Part shown: in pieces, positions 6,803-11,354 of the stretch
Layout of the letters: every line of letters starts with the position of its first letter
Position numbering within the stretch: position 1 is the stretch's first letter
Assembly (NCBI GenBank): GCA_015522685.1
Contig: WALU01000012.1
Coordinates: 1-11,354 of the forward strand
Source: Thermoproteota archaeon
GTDB lineage: Archaea; Korarchaeota; Korarchaeia; Korarchaeales; Korarchaeaceae
Reading direction: 5' to 3'
Length of the DNA: 11,354 bases
Made by a program: the position numbers and the translations under genes
Notes under the pieces: generated by a model
What the model saw: the letters and a program-made list of their open reading frames with translations, nothing else
What the model was told of the DNA's origin: nothing
Database searches by the model: none

Positions 6803-7024
6803 TCAAATTCTTGCCACACTCTCCACTCCTTCTCTAACCAGCTTATCGAGATCTACGCCCGACTTCGAGAAGTTAAGGATCTCCAACCCTATTATCTTAC
6901 CTCTCTCATTAAGATCAGCTATAATTCTCTCATTTACCTCTACGGAATCTGAGACCTTACCCTCTTTCACCCGTATGTAGAGGGCGTCAGCTACTTTATC
7001 ATAAGACACTCTTAGCTCTTCCAT
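6803..7024 (-). CDS. DUF2283-family protein, putative antitoxin partner of DUF4258, 73 aa
   Basis: The signature VSYDKVADALYIRV...IIADLNERGKIIGLEIL is present. Only 5 bp separate it from the DUF4258 start. Confidence 0.9.
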   Translation of the reverse strand: MEELRVSYDKVADALYIRVKEGKVSDSVEVNERIIADLNERGKIIGLEILNFSKSGVDLDKLVREGVESVARI

Positions 7025-7085
7025 TAATGTTATCCTCGCTGCATTAGGTAATAAAGGCTTCCTACATGTGGAGAAGTTCTGTAAG

Positions 7086-7119
7086 ATCTCACCATGTTGG
7101 AATCAGCAATGGTGGAGAT
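7086..7119. repeat. Imperfect long hairpin / inverted repeat upstream of the DUF2283 gene
   Basis: ATCTCACCAT-GTTG-GAAT-CAGC-A-ATGGT-G-GAGAT forms about 14 bp of stem with two single-base bulges and one G-U pair. Confidence 0.3.
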
Positions 7120-7652
7120 ATATCACATTGGGAACGGTCTTCAGTGCTCTGCTGGCAAGTGCTAAGGATAGTGGATTAGATTAGGTATACGAACCTAAGG
7201 TTAGTTAGTTGCAACCTTGAAGATAATCCGCAGAGATTCATTTATACACTTCAAATCACTTTATGATAACTTAGCAAACCATCCTTATGCATCCTTCACC
7301 TCGCTAAATTCCTAAAGCCTCCATGGTCATGCTCCTCACATCCTCTGGATCCAGCATTAGAATATAGAGGATCTTCTCTTATCGATCTTTATCTTATCGT
7401 GGCTCGGTGTAGTCTATACGATTCTTTTCCAGTAAACATCAACTATTTTAGAAAAGGATTTCAGATTATTATGATGAATGTAAATATATGGAGGATCATC
7501 AATAAGGTGTTAAGTAAATCAATCGATGACCTTAGGAGTGTAAGTGATGAGAGAATAATTCAGAATATGCTGAAGATTAATCCATTGAGATCCACTCTAT
7601 TCTCAGATCAAATCAGATTAGAGATCCTAGTGTGTTGCCTAGTTCGCTGGCA

Positions 7653-7677
7653 TGTGAAGGAGGTGGAGGCCTTCACA
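7653..7677. repeat. Perfect 8-bp stem hairpin downstream of the radical SAM gene; possible terminator or stability element
   Basis: TGTGAAGG-N9-CCTTCACA is followed by GTTTT on the + strand and lies about 50 bp past the stop at 7730. Confidence 0.3.
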
Positions 7678-7729
7678 GTTTTCGTAGGCGCGTACTAAGG
7701 CGCTCCTCCTTCCAAGGATATATGCATGC

Positions 7730-9061
7730 CTAAGTCTGAGTTCTTAGGCCCCATTCTCTAAACATATTGACGCTCATATATATACTGCGCTGCATTATAT
7801 GTATCAGATACATAGCTGGACCCCCTTTAACATAGTAACAGCCATCTATACTAGGCTTCTCGCCTAGCATCCTCAAAGCCGCTGCAATAAATGCTGCAAA
7901 CTTCGCGCCACGTTCTCCGTACCTCTCAACAAGTATTGAGGGACATAAGCGTAGTCCAAAGACTTGCGTAGATGTATAATATAGCATATCCTCGCTCGGA
8001 GCAATATGAAGCGCCTTTGTGCCGGAGAATCCTCTTTTCTCGACAAGCTTAGCATACTTCTTGATGCTAAAAGTATTCGCGTATGCGTAGCTACCGAGTC
8101 TACCTATGCCGCTTATCCCTAATGCAAAGAACTTATCATAATCGATTATGTACTCATCTATGAGGTCTGAGCCTCTATTCATACACCACGCTGTTGAAGG
8201 CAAGTACTTATGCCTAATAGCCTCACAAACTATTGTTTCATAAAGTCTCGGCTCAAAGGGGTGCCATGGTCCTTCAGCACGTTGCCTCATAAGTTTTCGC
8301 AGCCCTGGTGCAGGCATCATGGGGTAAAATGTTACTTGGTCAGCCCCCAGCGAGAGAGACTTAGCCGCTTCCTCACGTATTCTCTCGACTGTATCGTTCC
8401 GGGCGCCCCAGAGCATATCGATATTAAGAGTTCTAAACTTTCCTCTAGCTGCCTCAACTGCTCTAAGCGAGTGAGCAACTCGATGATGGAGACGGCCGAG
8501 CTCTATAAGCCTCTTATCATCAAGAGCTTGAACTCCGATACTTAGCCTCGTTATGTTCACCGAGCGAAGAACTGAGACAGCTTCATCATCTATGTCTAAG
8601 GGGCTTGCCTCTGTAGAGATGTCTATTCCACTGCCAAAATAACTCTTAAGAAGATCTATAATCTCAGCTAGCTCATATATATTTATCGAGGGTGTCCCAC
8701 CACCTATGTAGACTACGCGTATCCTTGCGTTTTCAGCATTAGATGCAAGCCATTCAATCTCCTTCTTCAACGCGGACGCATACAATACATCAAGCTTAGG
8801 ATCATAAGGGTATTTCACGAAGCAGCAAAATCTGCAAAGCGGAGTATGGCAGAAAGGCATATGAATATAGAGAATATAATCCCCCTTAGCAATGCCCCGC
8901 ACTACCTTGTAATGCTCATCCGGGTCAGCATCACTCTCTATAAGTTTTCTAAAGAATGCCTCTGTACGAGCAGTTACGATACTACCAATAAGAAGCTTTC
9001 CGAGAGAACGTATAGAACTAGGGACATGCTCATTACATAGCTTGTCGCTACCCATACTCAT
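7730..9061 (-). CDS. Radical SAM protein, HemN/coproporphyrinogen III oxidase-like family (COG0635), 443 aa; actual substrate unknown
   Basis: Motifs seen are LYIHMPFCHTPLCRFCCF (cluster motif), VYIGGGTPS, ISTEASP, RLSIGVQ, LNIDMLWG, ADQVTFYPMM and FFALGISG. The start could instead be ATG 9055. Confidence 0.9.
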   Translation of the reverse strand: MSMGSDKLCNEHVPSSIRSLGKLLIGSIVTARTEAFFRKLIESDADPDEHYKVVRGIAKGDYILYIHMPFCHTPLCRFCCFVKYPYDPKLDVLYASALKKEIEWLASNAENARIRVVYIGGGTPSINIYELAEIIDLLKSYFGSGIDISTEASPLDIDDEAVSVLRSVNITRLSIGVQALDDKRLIELGRLHHRVAHSLRAVEAARGKFRTLNIDMLWGARNDTVERIREEAAKSLSLGADQVTFYPMMPAPGLRKLMRQRAEGPWHPFEPRLYETIVCEAIRHKYLPSTAWCMNRGSDLIDEYIIDYDKFFALGISGIGRLGSYAYANTFSIKKYAKLVEKRGFSGTKALHIAPSEDMLYYTSTQVFGLRLCPSILVERYGERGAKFAAFIAAALRMLGEKPSIDGCYYVKGGPAMYLIHIMQRSIYMSVNMFREWGLRTQT

Positions 9062-9262
9062 TACCAGTCCTTTATTCTCCGAAACATTACATTAAATAAT
9101 CATGGATGAATAGGGTCCTTGGCCCATCTCGCCAAAGGCTTTTGTGAACAAGTAGGCTATATTTAAGGTCTTATTTGCATATGTGCGAATTTCCCTAGAT
9201 GAAACAGATTCTAAGATAGGTACAACTTGTTACATCGCGCGCGATTATCTCTATAATGAACT

Positions 9263-9628
9263 TCAACCCATCTCAGTCAAACGTCTTGTCTTACTCCTAA
9301 TATCCTCCATCTCCTGCCTTGCAGCCCTAAGCAGGGATATTTTAAGTAGAGAATCTCTCTCCACAAGAATCTTGCAGTTAGAGAGAGAACTTACTCTGAA
9401 ACTAGGCGGAGCATAGTCCAAGAGCCTTACATCTACATATATGCCTATCTCCTTGGTCAGTAGATCGCTAAACTCCTCACAGAATTCTACTTCTTCATTC
9501 CTAGTTACCCTAAATCCTGTAAAGACTACAACATCAACATCTCTGAACACCTCTGATTCCAAGAATCCGCCATGAACCGCTGCTAGCAGCACCTCTGGGC
9601 GATTCAGCTCTCTACTCAGAATCTTCAA
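9263..9628 (-). CDS. mntA: MNT minimal nucleotidyltransferase antitoxin (MntA-like, type VII TA); true start probably further upstream
   Basis: LLAAVHGGFLESEVFRDVDVVVF gives the G[SG]..DxD motif and YVDVRLLDYAPPSF the third Asp. The frame stays open upstream to at least 9703 (..KFSFHRLGKKEKDKILKIL) with no ATG, GTG or TTG. Confidence 0.85.
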   Translation of the reverse strand: MKILSRELNRPEVLLAAVHGGFLESEVFRDVDVVVFTGFRVTRNEEVEFCEEFSDLLTKEIGIYVDVRLLDYAPPSFRVSSLSNCKILVERDSLLKISLLRAARQEMEDIRSKTRRLTEMG

Positions 9629-9683
9629 TATCTTATCCTTTTCCTTCTTTCCAAGCCTATGAAAGGAGAATTTCCTATGCTCC

Positions 9684-10099
9684 TCAATTTTCCTCAGGTA
9701 AATTATCCATCGCCTCCCTGATGAACCTCCTCACGGATTCCAAGCCACAGGACTTGGCTTCTCTGTAGAGCCTAGAATCATCGATATCCCAGTACCTGTG
9801 AACCACATGTTCCTTAGAGCTGCAAGCTTACTCATACTATCCGCTGTGTTAGGGGATACGATCCCGCGCAAAGCTAGCTTTCTGAAAACATCTTTATAGC
9901 TCTCAGAAGACTCATTAAACCTCCTCTCTAAGATATAAATCCCTAGATCTGCCGCCGCTTCTACTATCTGAACTATTGAGTATCTAGCAGAAAACCTAGC
10001 CGTTCTATTTCTCAAGAAGGTTTTTTCATCCGTAGAGTGCAACTTCTCAAGTTCATCCAGAGCTTCTTCTATCTCGGAAATCCTTCGACGAAGTTTCAT
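9684..10099 (-). pseudogene. hepT: HEPN (DUF86/HepT-like) RNase toxin with a 1-bp deletion inside the RX4H catalytic motif; about 138 aa if repaired
   Basis: The sequence ARYSIVQIVEAAADLG...ESYKDVFRKL...LRN leads into AAC ATG TG GTT CAC AGG TAC TGG GAT ATC GAT GAT. Adding one base at about 9805/9806 gives RNM(L/V)VHRYWDIDDSRLYREAK...PEEN* with the stop at 9684-9686. Confidence 0.88.
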
Positions 10100-10121
10100 T
10101 CACCAATATCTCTATAATTAG

Positions 10122-10136
10122 CTTATAAATATAAAT
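10122..10136 (-). promoter_or_regulatory. TATA-like promoter of the HEPN-MNT operon
   Basis: TTTATATTTATAAG lies on the minus strand about 23-37 bp upstream of ATG 10099. Confidence 0.45.
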
Positions 10137-10349
10137 TCGTCAAGCTTTATCTCGGGCCATTCGCTACAATCATTAGGATCACCTCGCCGCAGAATTCCTC
10201 CATTAATGCTTTAGACGAAGACTATGTCCTCTTCGCTCGAATGCTTTCACAAGCCTTATAAAGCGCGCAATCTATCACCGGTGTAATGAGCGAGGCACTT
10301 AAATACTCGAAATATGCGTATGAAAGTTTTTATGATTAAGGGAGAAGAA

Positions 10350-11354
10350 ATGAATAATAAAGTAATAATAATTGGCGCAGGCATAGCAGGTTTATCAACA
10401 GGTTGCTACTTACAGATGAACGATTACGAAACAGAAATATTCGAGATGTATAATCTTCCTGGTGGGTTATGCACGTCATGGAAAAGGAAGGATTACATTT
10501 TCAATGGATCTATTCACTGGCTTGTTGGAACAGGCAAGAAAATAAGCGTGCATAAAATATGGGAAGAGTTGCATGCAATTGAAGATGGAAGAATATTAAA
10601 TTTTGATGAATTTTGCAGAATAGAGCTGGGGAAGGGAAAGTTCTTCAGGGTATATACAGACGTGAATAAGCTAGAGGAAGAAATGCTCAAAATTGATACT
10701 GAAGATGATAAGATAATAAAAAAATTTACAGATGCTGTGAGAGAATTTGCAAAATGTGATTTGCCAGTGGACAAAGCCCCAGAATTATATGGAGCGGTTG
10801 ATGGCATTAAATTCCTCTTTAAACATCGACATTTCTTAAAACTGCTTAGGGAGTGGAAGGATATAAGTATAGGGGAGTACAGCAAGAAATTCAAGAATGA
10901 AAACATGAAAAAGATTTTCCAACAACTGCTGGACATCGATTTACGACTCTCCATGGCAATACTCTTAATGACTCTCGCTTGGATGCATCTGAAATCAGCA
11001 GGATACCCACTTGGTGGTTCACTTGAATTTGCAAGGGCAATTGAGAAGAGATATACTTCCTTGGGTGGTAGGATACATTACAATTCGAAGATATCAAAAA
11101 TAACAGTCAAAAATAATAGAGCAACAGGAGTAAAGCTCGCTGATGGCAGCATTCATAGAGGAGATATAGTTATTTCAGCAGCAGATGGGCATTATACGAT
11201 ATTTACTATGCTTGAGGGAAAATATGTGAATAAGAAGATTATGAAGATCTACAGTAACTGGGATTTGTTTCCTTCACTCTGCCAGATTTCTATCGGCGTA
11301 AAAAAGAGTTTTGATGGATATCCACACGCTATAAATTTTTCACTTCATAAACCC
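10350..11354 (+). CDS. Phytoene desaturase (CrtI/COG1233)-family FAD-dependent oxidoreductase, partial (runs off the window; absent from the ORF track)
   Basis: Hand translation gives MNNKVIIIGAGIAGLSTGCYLQMNDYETEIFE..PGGLCTSWKRKDYIFNGSIHWL (Rossmann GxGxxG and GG motif), then GYPLGGSLEFARAIEKRY..LGGRIHYN and DIVISAAD. The frame is open for 335 codons to the edge, with an AAGGGAG SD upstream. Confidence 0.9.
   Translation, partial: MNNKVIIIGAGIAGLSTGCYLQMNDYETEIFEMYNLPGGLCTSWKRKDYIFNGSIHWLVGTGKKISVHKIWEELHAIEDGRILNFDEFCRIELGKGKFFRVYTDVNKLEEEMLKIDTEDDKIIKKFTDAVREFAKCDLPVDKAPELYGAVDGIKFLFKHRHFLKLLREWKDISIGEYSKKFKNENMKKIFQQLLDIDLRLSMAILLMTLAWMHLKSAGYPLGGSLEFARAIEKRYTSLGGRIHYNSKISKITVKNNRATGVKLADGSIHRGDIVISAADGHYTIFTMLEGKYVNKKIMKIYSNWDLFPSLCQISIGVKKSFDGYPHAINFSLHKP

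Noticed and set aside
7399-7698. 99-aa plus-strand ORF with a weak HTH-like segment (LFSDQIRLEIL)
   Set aside because: The similarity is too weak and the start is unclear. It is possibly debris.
418-11097. Antisense or shadow ORFs (418-654, 869-1123, 1182-1442, 2597-2857, 3836-4108, 4473-4739, 5017-5337, 6753-6980, 7873-8055, 8210-8545, 8846-9040, 9183-9416, 10514-10954, 10891-11097)
   Set aside because: They overlap well-supported genes on the opposite strand or in another frame, are mostly Ser/Phe/Leu-rich mirror translations, and have no motifs.
1-11354. CRISPR array, tRNA/rRNA genes, transposase, integrase or att sites
   Set aside because: No regularly spaced repeats, cloverleaf or rRNA-like segments, or DDE/tyrosine-recombinase motifs were found by eye.

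Overview
The window looks like an accessory or defence-type region of an archaeal genome, probably a thermophile. This is inferred from TATA-like promoters, apparently leaderless starts, GAGGTGA Shine-Dalgarno sites and the archaeal gene families present. It carries four different toxin-antitoxin modules: AbiEi/AbiEii (type IV), AbrB-type VapB/VapC (type II), DUF2283/DUF4258 (putative type II) and HEPN/MNT (type VII). In all four the toxin gene is broken while the antitoxin frame is open, and two of the toxins carry a 5-bp tandem duplication. Interleaved intact genes encode an HhH-GPD DNA glycosylase-like protein, a winged-HTH regulator with a perfect palindromic operator, a tandem pair of catalytically degenerate KaiC/RAD55-like ATPases, a HemN-like radical SAM protein with an atypical CX4CX2C motif, and a phytoene-desaturase-family FAD oxidoreductase that runs off the right edge. 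The ATPase pair is followed by the remnant of a probable ACT-domain (COG2150-like) regulator. A remnant of an ABC/AAA ATPase and other debris are also present. No tRNA, rRNA, CRISPR array or transposase was seen. All family calls come from motif recognition by eye, not database searches.
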